A stretch of 64,000 nt of DNA from a bacterium (GTDB lineage: Bacteria; Patescibacteriota; Minisyncoccia; Phycocordibacterales; UBA5272), in assembly GCA_043765155.1 (NCBI GenBank), contig JAYUJP010000053.1, positions 14,116-78,115 of the forward strand. The letters run 5' to 3'. The translations under genes and the position numbers were made by a program. The notes beneath the pieces are model-generated. The model saw only the letters and a list, made by a program, of their open reading frames with translations. It searched no databases and was not told the origin of the DNA. Shown here in pieces: positions 1 to 11,194 of this stretch (position 1 is the first letter of the stretch; each line of letters opens with the position of its first letter).

Positions 1-281
1 GGATATATCAGTACTCTCTGATACCAGCACAATATACACGGCTTATCGCCATACACTACTTCTTGAATATTAGCACCAACTATGCCCGCTCCAAGTACAA
101 AAATAAGAGCATAAATAAAATATTCATAATTAGTTTTGTTTAATAGTTTTTCGCTTTTAATTTTATTTGCAAAAAATAAAACTAAAAATATTATATTTAA
201 AATAAATAATGCGATTATACCTGCGCTTGTAAGGTTAGCGAACTGCTGAAAATTGAGTCCTAAAAATATTGCGTCTTTCAT
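1..281 (-). CDS. dsbB: Disulfide bond formation protein DsbB/BdbC family, 5' part (runs off the window start)
   Basis: Not in the ORF track. Manual translation from ATG at 281 gives MKDAIFLG... two hydrophobic helices ...GDKPCILCWYQRVLIY, the PCxLCWYQR signature of DsbB/BdbC. Confidence 0.85.
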   Translation of the reverse strand, partial: MKDAIFLGLNFQQFANLTSAGIIALFILNIIFLVLFFANKIKSEKLLNKTNYEYFIYALIFVLGAGIVGANIQEVVYGDKPCILCWYQRVLIY

Positions 282-295
282 ATGTGTGTATTAAA

Positions 296-1732
296 TTAGA
301 ATTTTGTATTAATTGATGCAGAAAAAGTAACAACCGGAGTCGAAAAATTAGATTTTCCTTTTATAAAAGTAGCTGGAAATGCTCCAATTTCTAAACCATT
401 AAATAAAGAATTTTTGTTACTGTAAACTAAAGCAACATGCATGTGAGGTGATAACTTACCACTATTTATATTGGTAGTATAACCATATTGAAGTCCACTT
501 TTTATAACAAAATTAAAATTGGAATCAAAAATTGGCATAACACTTTTATAGCCTGCCGTAACTACTATTCTGTTGCTGGCCATCTGATAACTTCTACTCC
601 GCTTTAACTCTTTTTCTGCTCCGGACAAAGTCCCCACAGCCAACCTATCTACTCTACCTCCTATAGATTGAATTTTTTCTGCTCCGTACCCCTGACTATT
701 ATTAAATATTGAAAAATACGCCTCTACAGAACTTTCTTTACCACCTTCTGTTCTGCCTGAATCTTTACACATTGTAACCTCATAAGTTGGATGTATATTG
801 TTATAGGGTATATTACTGACTGATTTAGAATCAGGATTTAGATGTATAGAGCCAGCTAGTGTCGTCTGAACTTTTACATCGTTTATATTACATCCTATCA
901 GGCGGCTTAATGACTGAGCTACAATTTTACCAGGCTCTTCAAAAGATTTCATAAGACTGTATATTTCTTTGTTGCCAATAGGGGGTACACCTGGACTAGA
1001 TTTGTTATTATCTAATTCAAAGCCTACGCCTTTGGTAACTTTGTAGGTCTGAATAGACTCATCTCCATATTCGCCTCCCATGTTACCAATATGCTCTGGG
1101 CCTTGTTTTTCTTTCTTATTTATTTCTTTTAGAGAAAACTTTGGCCTTGATGCAAATAAGGACTCTAGGGCATTAATATTGTCTTGCATACTCTTTAATT
1201 CACTAATGTCCTTAGGACCAGATAGTATATTTCTAGGTGTATTTAATTTTTTGTTTAACTCAATCACCATCTCACTTGATCCAGTTTTTATATAGGCACT
1301 CTTTAAAAAGCTAGATGGTAGTTCTAAATTAAGCCCAGAACCATCAATTAAATTATCTTTTAAAGCGTCCGCATTAGATTCAGAGATGGTTTCTAGTGTT
1401 AACTTTTCTAATTTACTAACACGCTCTTTTACTTCTATATTAGAATATATATTCTCACAAATATTTTGAGACTGAAAACAAAGTTCATTACCAATCTGAG
1501 ACTCTGTCTGCTTGTCCTGAGCAGAAGCACCCTGAGATACTAGAAATGGTACTGCTAATGCACCTATTCTTATAAGTTCAAAAATATTATCACCCATAGA
1601 CTTAAGAGATTTTATCAAGTCCGCAGACGCTTCTTGTAATTTAAGTGAATCTAAAGCTTCTTTTAAATTTTTTTTATTTACAGACTCTTTTTTTTCTGTA
1701 TTAAATGTGGGACTCATTCCAAAATTCATCAT
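296..1732 (-). CDS. Hypothetical exported protein (delayed signal-peptide-like segment; beta-strand-rich C-terminus ending in Phe)
   Basis: 478-aa ORF; IGALAVPFLVSQGASA/Q segment at ~aa 56-72; extended -10 TGTGTTATAAT upstream (~1758-1768). Confidence 0.75.
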   Translation of the reverse strand: MMNFGMSPTFNTEKKESVNKKNLKEALDSLKLQEASADLIKSLKSMGDNIFELIRIGALAVPFLVSQGASAQDKQTESQIGNELCFQSQNICENIYSNIEVKERVSKLEKLTLETISESNADALKDNLIDGSGLNLELPSSFLKSAYIKTGSSEMVIELNKKLNTPRNILSGPKDISELKSMQDNINALESLFASRPKFSLKEINKKEKQGPEHIGNMGGEYGDESIQTYKVTKGVGFELDNNKSSPGVPPIGNKEIYSLMKSFEEPGKIVAQSLSRLIGCNINDVKVQTTLAGSIHLNPDSKSVSNIPYNNIHPTYEVTMCKDSGRTEGGKESSVEAYFSIFNNSQGYGAEKIQSIGGRVDRLAVGTLSGAEKELKRSRSYQMASNRIVVTAGYKSVMPIFDSNFNFVIKSGLQYGYTTNINSGKLSPHMHVALVYSNKNSLFNGLEIGAFPATFIKGKSNFSTPVVTFSASINTKF

Positions 1733-1771
1733 ATTTTTTATTTTTATACTAATATTGATTATAACACAATA

Positions 1772-1819
1772 AAAGAAAAAACAGGCGACCTAATGGACGC
1801 CTGCACTCGCAAAGCGAGA
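1772..1819 (-). terminator. Double-hairpin intrinsic terminator
   Basis: Minus strand CTCGC-TTT-GCGAG, then CAGGCG...CGCCTG followed by a T-tract. Confidence 0.6.
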
Positions 1820-1827
1820 GAGCAAAC

Positions 1828-2388
1828 TTACAAACTTTCAAGCCTTTCAGCAACATGCTTGCACATCGCTTCAAGATCGTGAAAAGGTTCGATTCCTGGT
1901 AATCTTGCCCAGTGGTGTTCGGACTTCATTTTCCATGCATCTGTTGGATAACCCCAAACAATCTGATCCTTTATTTTTAAATTCTCATAAGCTCTACCAA
2001 GCCAAAATCCAAGCTCAGTATTAGTTACTCTTCCGGGCAACTGCACTTCATGGCGAGGTACCCAAAAGAACTTCATGGTAGAAGACATAAGCCTTTCTAT
2101 TTCCCAGTCCACTATTTCCATTGGGAAATTTTCTTTAAAGCTCCAGTCATTTTCACATGGCTCAGGGACATAAATTACTCCCTTGTAGCCAGCTAGGCGC
2201 AGATAATGTACAGCAAGTGCTCGCCACTTGTACTTGAGCACATCTTGCCTTGACGATGGCCCAGCCAGAAACAGTGAGATTATTCCTTTTGGAGCAAACT
2301 CAAGACTCTGATAATGAAAAACTAAAGGGTCGTCCCACATTGCACAAGTGAGATCAAGCATTTGTTGAAGTTTTTGACGATTATCCAT
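1828..2388 (-). CDS. Nucleoside 2-deoxyribosyltransferase-like protein
   Basis: Motifs SLFLAGPSSR, WR..A, IYVPEP, FWVPR, LPG..TNTELG. Start moved to ATG 2388, which has AAGGAGG upstream. Confidence 0.7.
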   Translation of the reverse strand: MDNRQKLQQMLDLTCAMWDDPLVFHYQSLEFAPKGIISLFLAGPSSRQDVLKYKWRALAVHYLRLAGYKGVIYVPEPCENDWSFKENFPMEIVDWEIERLMSSTMKFFWVPRHEVQLPGRVTNTELGFWLGRAYENLKIKDQIVWGYPTDAWKMKSEHHWARLPGIEPFHDLEAMCKHVAERLESL

Positions 2389-2514
2389 AACGGCCTCCTT
2401 TTTAAAAATTAAGAACGAAACAATGAGCGGACACTTAATATAACACAAAAATATTTAAATGTCCAGCAAATTTTTTGAACTTTAAAAACTTTAATATACA
2501 AAAATCTTTTTAAA

Positions 2515-2562
2515 AATACAAAAACCCTCAAATTAATAAATTATTTCGAGGGTTTTTGTATT
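2515..2562 (-). terminator. Terminator downstream of the 16S transcript
   Basis: Inverted repeat AATACAAAAACCCTC...GAGGGTTTTTGTATT, with a T-tract on the minus strand. Confidence 0.6.
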
Positions 2563-2597
2563 ACATTCACTGACATATATAATATTACTTCTAACTT

Positions 2598-4388
<1,791 letters not shown>

Positions 4389-4543
4389 ATATTCACATCG
4401 CACTTATACCTCTTTTTGTAAATTCTCATAAATAAATATGAGAACAAATATAAGTGTTGATAAATGTGAATATTAGTTGGATTGAAAATAGCTTATAACA
4501 AAAGCGTTTGAGAACCTTTGTGTCTATTTTCGTAATATTATAT

Positions 4544-4592
4544 TGTCAATGAACGTGAGAGCAAGTATAGCATAATGAAAATAAAAATGCAA
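4544..4592 (-). promoter_or_regulatory. rRNA promoter with boxA-like antitermination site
   Basis: TTGCAT, ~17 nt, TATACT, followed by CGTTCATTGACAA (boxA-like). A long leader hairpin lies at ~4389-4474. Confidence 0.65.
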
Positions 4593-4674
4593 GCAAATGT
4601 CCTTGGACACTTACCTGCATATTGGTTAACTAGAATTTCCTGAAAGAACTACCCTAAATTTAAGAGTTTATTTT

Positions 4675-4887
4675 CTAATTACCTCCAAGCATGGCACCAC
4701 AAGCATTGCATCCGTATGCAAGATTGTCATCCCACAGGTCATCGCTGCCGCAGTGTGCGCAACGACCCGTATGGTGACCAACAGCCTGATTATTTGGATT
4801 ATTTTTAGCTCTCAGCTCTGCCAACTCTTTTTCATCTTTCGGCAGTTTTGGTTTAAAAATTGAAAGATTTTCTGTAGTATAATTCAT
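4675..4887 (-). CDS. Small zinc-ribbon protein (CAHC...CNAC)
   Basis: 70-aa ORF with two CxxC motifs; AAGGAG 7 nt upstream; own promoter and terminator. Confidence 0.75.
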   Translation of the reverse strand: MNYTTENLSIFKPKLPKDEKELAELRAKNNPNNQAVGHHTGRCAHCGSDDLWDDNLAYGCNACGAMLGGN

Positions 4888-4921
4888 TTGATAGCTCCTT
4901 AAAAAATTAAAATAAAACTAG

Positions 4922-5050
4922 CTTGAACTTTACGAAAAGCTGCAACATCATTATCGCAACTTTTCTCCGCTATGAATACTACAATAAAAGTAATATTTTT
5001 GCAAATGTTACAAAATAAAAAGCAAGCTCAGATTTCTCATTGCTTGCCTG
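4922..5050. repeat. Intergenic direct repeat copy 1 (terminator + promoter + 5' hairpin)
   Basis: Aligns along its length with 5470-5598 (shared TGCAACAT, ATTATCGCAACTTT, TTTTTGCAAAT, AAAATAAAAAGCAAGC, AGATTTCTCATTGCTTGC). Confidence 0.9.
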
Positions 5051-5111
5051 TTAACTTATTGACTAAAAAGGATTGATCAAGCTAAGCGAGCTGAAAAGAT
5101 TTACAGGTTGC

Positions 5112-5438
5112 TTATAACCGACTCAGACTACACTCTTTAAAAAACCTCACATGACGACTACCACCAAGTGTAGAGGTTTTGTTTTTCCACTCGAACAAGT
5201 TACTACTTAGTAAGAGATCAATTAACTGATCAGCATAAACTATACGACTTTTTATAAAAGATTCGAATGCAGGATCAGAATCTGATAATTTTAATAGGTA
5301 GTTAAAAAAACACAGTTTAAAATTATCTATTTCGTCATATTCAATACTCACAATTTTTTTCTTTTTTACTTCTGCCGCGAAAATGCTTAAGCAGTATTTA
5401 TTTTTTTCTTCCAATTGACTATCATTAAGAATTGCCAT
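5112..5438 (-). CDS. Hypothetical protein
   Basis: ORF between the two repeats; ATG 5438 is preceded by AAGGAG (5448-5453). Confidence 0.65.
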   Translation of the reverse strand: MAILNDSQLEEKNKYCLSIFAAEVKKKKIVSIEYDEIDNFKLCFFNYLLKLSDSDPAFESFIKSRIVYADQLIDLLLSSNLFEWKNKTSTLGGSRHVRFFKECSLSRL

Positions 5439-5469
5439 GACAAATATCTCCTTCAAAATTTGAGTTCAA

Positions 5470-5598
5470 GTTGAATTTCCTAAAAAGTTGCAACATAATT
5501 ATCGCAACTTTCTCCGTTATAAATATTACAATAAAAATAGCATTTTTGCAAATTATGAAAAATAAAAAGCAAGCGTAGATTTCTCATTGCTTGCTTGT
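5470..5598. repeat. Intergenic direct repeat copy 2
   Basis: See copy 1; a shorter related promoter segment (ATTTTTGCAAAT) also occurs at ~5895-5925. Confidence 0.9.
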
Positions 5599-5632
5599 GT
5601 CGTGTTTGCTAATATAATAGCTTTTCTGCCCT

Positions 5633-5839
5633 TTAACTTACCACAGAAACCATGCCGGAAAGAATAAATTCTTTTAGCAGCTCCATGCGTTCTTTGAGCT
5701 TTGGAGCTAGCCCCATCTTTACGCCTTTTCGTGGATCTGTTTCATCTGCTTTACCTGAGACTAGCGCTACATACTCGTCCAAGATTTCTTTGGGATCCAT
5801 TTCCTCCAAAGGCTTATCGTAATTTGGTTTTTGGCTCAT
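5633..5839 (-). CDS. Small hypothetical protein
   Basis: 68-aa ORF preceded by promoter TTGCAA/TATTAT, hairpin AGTAGATA...TATCTACT, GTTCTTTTT and TAAGGA. Confidence 0.7.
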   Translation of the reverse strand: MSQKPNYDKPLEEMDPKEILDEYVALVSGKADETDPRKGVKMGLAPKLKERMELLKEFILSGMVSVVS

Positions 5840-5970
5840 GTTTAAAAAATCCTTAAAAAGAACAGTAGATAAAACTATCTACTTGGACTTTGTATAATAC
5901 AATATTTTTAATATTTTTGCAAATAAAGAAAAAGAGTTTTAAAATATGATATAATATACCCAAGAAAAAT

Positions 5971-8900
5971 ATGAATCCAGTACACTTGCGCAATCATACT
6001 CATTACTCCCTCTTAAGGGCTTTGCCTGATGTGTCTGAGCTGGTCAAAAAAGCTGTCGAGTATAATTATACCGCGCTTGCCATCACCGATACAGATAATA
6101 TGTACGGCGCTATAGAGTTTATAAAAGAATGTCAGAAAAAGAAAATTAAGCCAATAATCGGAGCTGAGCTAAAAATAAAAAATCATAATCAGTATTATGA
6201 CATAGTCCTAATAGCTAAGACTTTTGTCGGTTATCAGAACTTGATGCGACTAGTATCCGTAGCTAATACAAAAGAAATTAAAAATGATAATCCGCATCTT
6301 ACTTTTGAGGACTTTGTGCCGAGCAAAAAGAATAACTTGGTGATGGAGCCAAGAGGTGCCGCCTTTGGATACACCTCCTCTGAAGAAATAAAAAATAGCC
6401 TTGGAATAATTTGCCTCTCGGGCGGACCTACTGGCGAGCTAAGTATAAGCTTACAAAAATATGAAGACAGAAATATTTTAGAAGCTAAGAATATTTTAAA
6501 TAGATATGTAGAAATATTTGGCGATGATTTTTGTATTGAGATAACCAATCATATTCATATGAGTTATGGAAAAGAAATGAGAACAAATACCCTAGATTTT
6601 TATAATAATTTTGTCAAAAATAATTTCCCGCAGAATAAAATAGTAGCGACTCAAAATACTCATTATATCTCTATAAATGATAAGCCGGCCCATAAAGTCA
6701 TGATACAAATAGACAGCGAGATAGACTCAGAAGAATACTATAAGGCGCATTTCGCGCAGGCCGATTACTCATTTTTAACAAAAGAAGAATTTATAAATGC
6801 CTTTGCTGATATACCTGAAGCAATAGAAAATACTAGTAAGATAGCGGACTCTATTAACTTTGAAGTAGAGCTAAATAAATGGGTATTTCCAGATATAGAA
6901 TTTGAAAAATCATATGATGAAGACCTACGCAAATTAGCCTATGAAGGTCTAGAAGTTAGGAAAAAAGAATTAACAGACGAAGTCAAAACTAGGCTCGATT
7001 ATGAATTAGAAGTTATAAAAAATAAAGGATACTCGCCGTACTTTCTTGTTGTGTATGATCTTTTAAGATACTCTAGAGAAAATGGAATACTTACTAATAT
7101 TAGAGGGTCTGTGGCTGGATCACTGGTAACTTATCTTCTTCGTATTACAAAATGTGACCCGCTCGAATACAAGCTTCCATTTGAGAGATTTTTAAATCCA
7201 GAACGTCCAAGTGCGCCGGACATAGATATGGACTTTGCGGACGACAGGCGTGATGATGTGCTTAATTACGCTCGCCGTAAATATGGAGCTGATCATGTGG
7301 CGCAGATCGGGACATTTGGTACGATGATGGCAAGAGGTGCCGTGCGTGACGTAGCACGCGCGATGAGCTTTCCTTATACTGTAGGTGACAGAATATCACG
7401 CATGATACCACCACCAAAGCAAGGCTTTCCAATGTATATAAGCAAGGCATTAGAAGAAGTACCCGAGTTAAAAGAGGCTTATGACACAGATAGGGATACA
7501 AGTATAATTTTAGACATGGCTAAGCAAGTCGAAGGTAAAGTACGCCACATTGGAGTGCATGCTGCGGGTACTGTTATATCCCCTGCACCGCTTACTGACT
7601 GGACCCCAATACAATATGATCCAAAAGGTGAAGGTAAACTCATCTCACAATATGACATGTATACTATCGAGGAGGCAGGGCTACTCAAATTTGACTTCCT
7701 GGGTATACGTAACCTCTCTATACTAGCAACAGCCATAGGCATAGTAAAAGAAAAATATAATATTGATGTCGACATAGAGGCCATACCTCTTGATGATGCT
7801 AAGACTTTTGAGATGTTATCAAAAGGAATAACTGAGGGACTATTTCAACTGAACGGATCCGGCATGACCAGATTTTTAAAAGAATTAAAGCCATCTACAA
7901 TTTTTGATATTAACGCGATGGTAGCACTGTATCGCCCAGGACCACTCGAGATGATACCAGAATATATTAAAAGAAAACATAATCCAGAGCTAATAGAATT
8001 TCTAGACCCTCGCCTCGAGCCTATACTTGATCAATCATTTGGAGTTATAGTATATCAGGACGACGTGATGTTAACGGCGATACATTTGGCGGGCTACTCT
8101 TGGCTTGAGGCTGATAAGCTACGTAAAGCCATGGGTAAAAAAATACCCGCAGAAATGGAGGAGCAAAAAGAAAAGCTCATGCTCGGATTTCAAAAGTATG
8201 GCCTTAGTAAAAGTAAAGCTGATGAGCTGTGGACAAGAATAGAGCCGTTTGCGGCTTATGGATTTAACAAGGCCCATGCTGCTAGTTATGGACGCGTAGC
8301 ATATCAGACAGCATATATGAAGGCGCATTATCCGCATGCCTACATGACCGCCATTATGAGTAATGAGACAGGTGATATAGAAAAGATAGCGACTATTATC
8401 GCAGATTGTAAGAGACTTAATATAAACGTACTACCACCCGATATAAACTTTTCAAATGGTGGATTTGAAGTTATTAGTAAAAATATAAATATTAATAGTG
8501 AAGATAAAATAGAAGAAGAAATTAGATTTGGATTATATACAATTAAGAACTTGGGTCAAGATATCGCAGACGCGATAATAGATGAGCGTAATAAAAATGG
8601 AAAGTACACAAGCTTTGAAAACTTTTTGACCAGAGTCACTCATAAAAACTTAACCAAAAAAAGTATAGAGGCACTCACCATGTGCGGGGCTATGGACACT
8701 CTAGCTGAGCGTAATAGTATAGTGCTAAATATAGAAGAAATTTTAAATTATCACAAACAAGTTATAAAAGATAACTCAGCCCAAGATGACCTGTTCTCAA
8801 CTATGCTGAGTATACAAAAACCAGAATTCAAATTAAAAAAAGTAACGCCTGCAACTGGCGACCAGAAATTAAAATGGGAAAAAGAATTACTAGGGTTATA

Positions 8901-9246
8901 TGTATCAGGATTCCCACTTGATCCGTGGAAAGATAAAATATTAGCTAGAAATATAGACATAGAGCGCATACAAAATGAGCTCAGTGATGACGCTGAGGTG
9001 TCGCTCGCTTGTATAATAGAAAGTCTAAAAGTAACCAAAACAAAAAAAGGGGACAGGATGGCACTCATCGGCATACGTGACTACTCTTCTAGTCTTGAAT
9101 GTGCAGTATTCCCAAAAACATATGCAAAAATAAAAGATAAGTTAGTTCTAGATACACCGCTAATATTAAAAGGTAAAGTCGCAAGCCGTAACGGGGACAA
9201 GACTTTTATTTTGGACGAGGTGAAGAGGTTGGATCAAACAAATTAG
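5971..9246 (+). CDS. dnaE: DNA polymerase III alpha subunit
   Basis: PHP motif HLRNHTHYSLL, RGSVAGSLV, FERFLNPER, PDIDMDF, YGFNKAHA, C-terminal OB fold. Confidence 0.98.
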   Translation: MNPVHLRNHTHYSLLRALPDVSELVKKAVEYNYTALAITDTDNMYGAIEFIKECQKKKIKPIIGAELKIKNHNQYYDIVLIAKTFVGYQNLMRLVSVANTKEIKNDNPHLTFEDFVPSKKNNLVMEPRGAAFGYTSSEEIKNSLGIICLSGGPTGELSISLQKYEDRNILEAKNILNRYVEIFGDDFCIEITNHIHMSYGKEMRTNTLDFYNNFVKNNFPQNKIVATQNTHYISINDKPAHKVMIQIDSEIDSEEYYKAHFAQADYSFLTKEEFINAFADIPEAIENTSKIADSINFEVELNKWVFPDIEFEKSYDEDLRKLAYEGLEVRKKELTDEVKTRLDYELEVIKNKGYSPYFLVVYDLLRYSRENGILTNIRGSVAGSLVTYLLRITKCDPLEYKLPFERFLNPERPSAPDIDMDFADDRRDDVLNYARRKYGADHVAQIGTFGTMMARGAVRDVARAMSFPYTVGDRISRMIPPPKQGFPMYISKALEEVPELKEAYDTDRDTSIILDMAKQVEGKVRHIGVHAAGTVISPAPLTDWTPIQYDPKGEGKLISQYDMYTIEEAGLLKFDFLGIRNLSILATAIGIVKEKYNIDVDIEAIPLDDAKTFEMLSKGITEGLFQLNGSGMTRFLKELKPSTIFDINAMVALYRPGPLEMIPEYIKRKHNPELIEFLDPRLEPILDQSFGVIVYQDDVMLTAIHLAGYSWLEADKLRKAMGKKIPAEMEEQKEKLMLGFQKYGLSKSKADELWTRIEPFAAYGFNKAHAASYGRVAYQTAYMKAHYPHAYMTAIMSNETGDIEKIATIIADCKRLNINVLPPDINFSNGGFEVISKNININSEDKIEEEIRFGLYTIKNLGQDIADAIIDERNKNGKYTSFENFLTRVTHKNLTKKSIEALTMCGAMDTLAERNSIVLNIEEILNYHKQVIKDNSAQDDLFSTMLSIQKPEFKLKKVTPATGDQKLKWEKELLGLYVSGFPLDPWKDKILARNIDIERIQNELSDDAEVSLACIIESLKVTKTKKGDRMALIGIRDYSSSLECAVFPKTYAKIKDKLVLDTPLILKGKVASRNGDKTFILDEVKRLDQTN

Positions 9247-9277
9247 AAAAGTCTAGCTAGTAAAAATATTAAGAAAA

Positions 9278-9532
9278 TTATGATTTTATAAATTGTAAAA
9301 TTTTAAATATTATAAAAGATAAAGTAATTATGAAAATGACTACAACTAAAAACATAATAATGATATCTACCCATCCATAACATGGAAAAGAATTTAAAAT
9401 ATTTTGTTTACAAGGGTAAATAGAATTTATAATTTTACCAAAAAATCTACTTGAATTAGACAGAGTGAAAAGATAAATACAGATTATATTTAAAATAACA
9501 AGCATGTAATTATTTGTAAGAAGTTTTATCAT
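9278..9532 (-). CDS. Small two-TM membrane protein
   Basis: 84-aa ORF with two hydrophobic segments around a loop carrying two Cys (YPC...FPC). Confidence 0.5.
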   Translation of the reverse strand: MIKLLTNNYMLVILNIICIYLFTLSNSSRFFGKIINSIYPCKQNILNSFPCYGWVDIIIMFLVVVIFIITLSFIIFKILQFIKS

Positions 9533-9562
9533 AATGATTTATATTTTATAAATATCCAAAAA

Positions 9563-9589
9563 TTTGACCCGCATTTAGCGGGTCAGATT
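9563..9589 (-). terminator. Terminator after tRNA-Ser
   Basis: TGACCCGC-ATTTA-GCGGGTCA hairpin. Confidence 0.55.
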
Positions 9590-9597
9590 TGTGATTG

Positions 9598-9684
9598 CGG
9601 AGACGGAGGGATTCGAACCCTCGGGAGGCGTAAACCCCCGTCTCGTTAGCAGTGAGGTGCCTTCGACCACTCAGCCACGTCTCC
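9598..9684 (-). tRNA. tRNA-Ser(GCT)
   Basis: GGAGACG/CGTCTCC acceptor stem, GAGGG-TTCGAAT-CCCTC T-arm, long variable arm, loop CT-GCT-AA; CCA not encoded. Confidence 0.92.
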
Positions 9685-9810
9685 ATTGTACATTTCAGAA
9701 CTGTACTAGTTCATATTTTTATAAAACATTTGAATATTTTATAACTTGTATTATATCACAATTTTGGAGAAATTAAAACAAAGAAATTATAATAATATGA
9801 CTTATAATTA

Positions 9811-9839
9811 TTGACATATACCCCCACAAGGTATATACT
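9811..9839 (+). promoter_or_regulatory. Promoter overlapped by a CsoR-type operator
   Basis: TTGACA-17-TATACT with ATACCCCCACAAGGTAT (TACC...GGTA pseudo-palindrome with C-tract) between the boxes; ATG is 6 nt after the -10. Confidence 0.75.
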
Positions 9840-9845
9840 TATAAC

Positions 9846-10127
9846 ATGCATGGAGTACATAAAAACCAACATAATATCATTAATCGTCTAAGTCGTATCG
9901 AGGGTCAAGTTCGCGGTATACAAAAAATGATCGAGGAAGATAGATACTGTATTGATATTATCGTGCAGACAAGCGCTATCAAGCAAGCTATATCAACTAT
10001 AGAGGATATTATGCTCGAGAGCCATCTTAATCACTGTCTAGCTGAGGGGTCTATTACCAAAACAAAAAAGACTAATGAGACTTTGCATCAAGAGATATTA
10101 AAAGTCTATAAACTAAAAAGAAAATAA
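9846..10127 (+). CDS. csoR: CsoR/RcnR family metal-sensing repressor
   Basis: RLSRIEGQVRGIQKMIEEDRYC...HLNHC family signature. Confidence 0.92.
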   Translation: MHGVHKNQHNIINRLSRIEGQVRGIQKMIEEDRYCIDIIVQTSAIKQAISTIEDIMLESHLNHCLAEGSITKTKKTNETLHQEILKVYKLKRK

Positions 10128-10130
10128 TAT

Positions 10131-10712
10131 ATGAAATGTAAATACTGCTCTATGGACGGCATATACAGAAAAGAAGAAGCTGATGTCATCTCATTTTTCT
10201 GCGAGCATCATGCGCCAGACGGATCTGAGCTAATAGGTAAAAACAAAAAAGACTTTACCCCATTTATCATAATACTCACCTCTATACTGTTACTGTCTAC
10301 GCTTAGGCAATTTACCCAGGGATTAGACGGGATGTTGTGGATGATGGACTTTATGGGAATATTTTTGGTAACTTTTGGTCTATTCAAAATAGTTGATCTA
10401 AAAGGATTCAAAGAAGGATTTGCCACTTATGACCTTATAGCAAAGAAAATGCCAGCTTATGGTTACGCATTTCCATTTATAGAAATATGCCTTGGTGTTA
10501 TGTATCTCGCGGGATATATGTATCCTTGGCAAAATATTTCTGTCCTAATCATTTCTATAATCGGATCTTTGTCTGCATACTTAGTAATTAAAAATAAAAA
10601 CCAAATACAATGCGTATGCTTGGGCACAACATTTAAAATTCCTATGACATGGGTAACTTTTGGAGAAAATATGACGATGGGAATAATGGCAGCTTGGATG
10701 ATACTCTTATAA
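10131..10712 (+). CDS. MauE/DoxX family membrane protein
   Basis: GF..YDLIAK, YPFIE-like and CVCLG motifs; N-terminal CxxC...FCEHH. Confidence 0.8.
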   Translation: MKCKYCSMDGIYRKEEADVISFFCEHHAPDGSELIGKNKKDFTPFIIILTSILLLSTLRQFTQGLDGMLWMMDFMGIFLVTFGLFKIVDLKGFKEGFATYDLIAKKMPAYGYAFPFIEICLGVMYLAGYMYPWQNISVLIISIIGSLSAYLVIKNKNQIQCVCLGTTFKIPMTWVTFGENMTMGIMAAWMILL

Positions 10713-10740
10713 ATTAAACAAAGAATAAAAGGTAAACAAT

Positions 10741-11193
10741 ATGAAAATAAATTATAAATATACAACAATAATATTAGCATTAGCTCTTATTGTAACTTAT
10801 TCGTGGCACTGGAATGATATTTTCTTTCACAAAAATAACGAAATGAAAATGGGAGTGGAGATGAATAGTATGCACAAAATGCCGGGCGGAGGCATGATGA
10901 ATATGTCAGATATACAAGGCAATAGCATGCAAAAAGATATGAGCATGGACTCTATGATGACGGATATGCTAGCAAATATGAAAGGCAAGGCTGGCGCTGA
11001 GCTAGAAAAAACATTTTTACAAGACATGATAATACATCATCAAGGTGCCGTAGACATGTCTACAGCATTATTAAAAGATAAATCGGTGAGGCAAGAATTA
11101 GCAAAATTTGCAAATGATATTATCTCAGCGCAGACCAGCGAAATATCAATGCAAAAGAAATGGTTAAAAGATTGGTTCAATATAAACAAATAA
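10741..11193 (+). CDS. DUF305 (CopM-like) Met/His-rich metal-binding exported protein
   Basis: FLQDMIIHHQGAVDMS...IISAQTSEI..M; Met-rich linker; N-terminal TM segment. Confidence 0.9.
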   Translation: MKINYKYTTIILALALIVTYSWHWNDIFFHKNNEMKMGVEMNSMHKMPGGGMMNMSDIQGNSMQKDMSMDSMMTDMLANMKGKAGAELEKTFLQDMIIHHQGAVDMSTALLKDKSVRQELAKFANDIISAQTSEISMQKKWLKDWFNINK

Positions 11194-11194
11194 T

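Noticed and set aside
4922-5598. CRISPR array or attC integron sites
   Set aside because: The repeats are ~130 bp, imperfect and separated by whole ORFs; no cas genes, no integrase and no clear RYYYAAC/GTTRRRY ends.
9591-9776. 61-aa ORF MIAETEGFEPS
   Set aside because: Antisense translation of tRNA-Ser.
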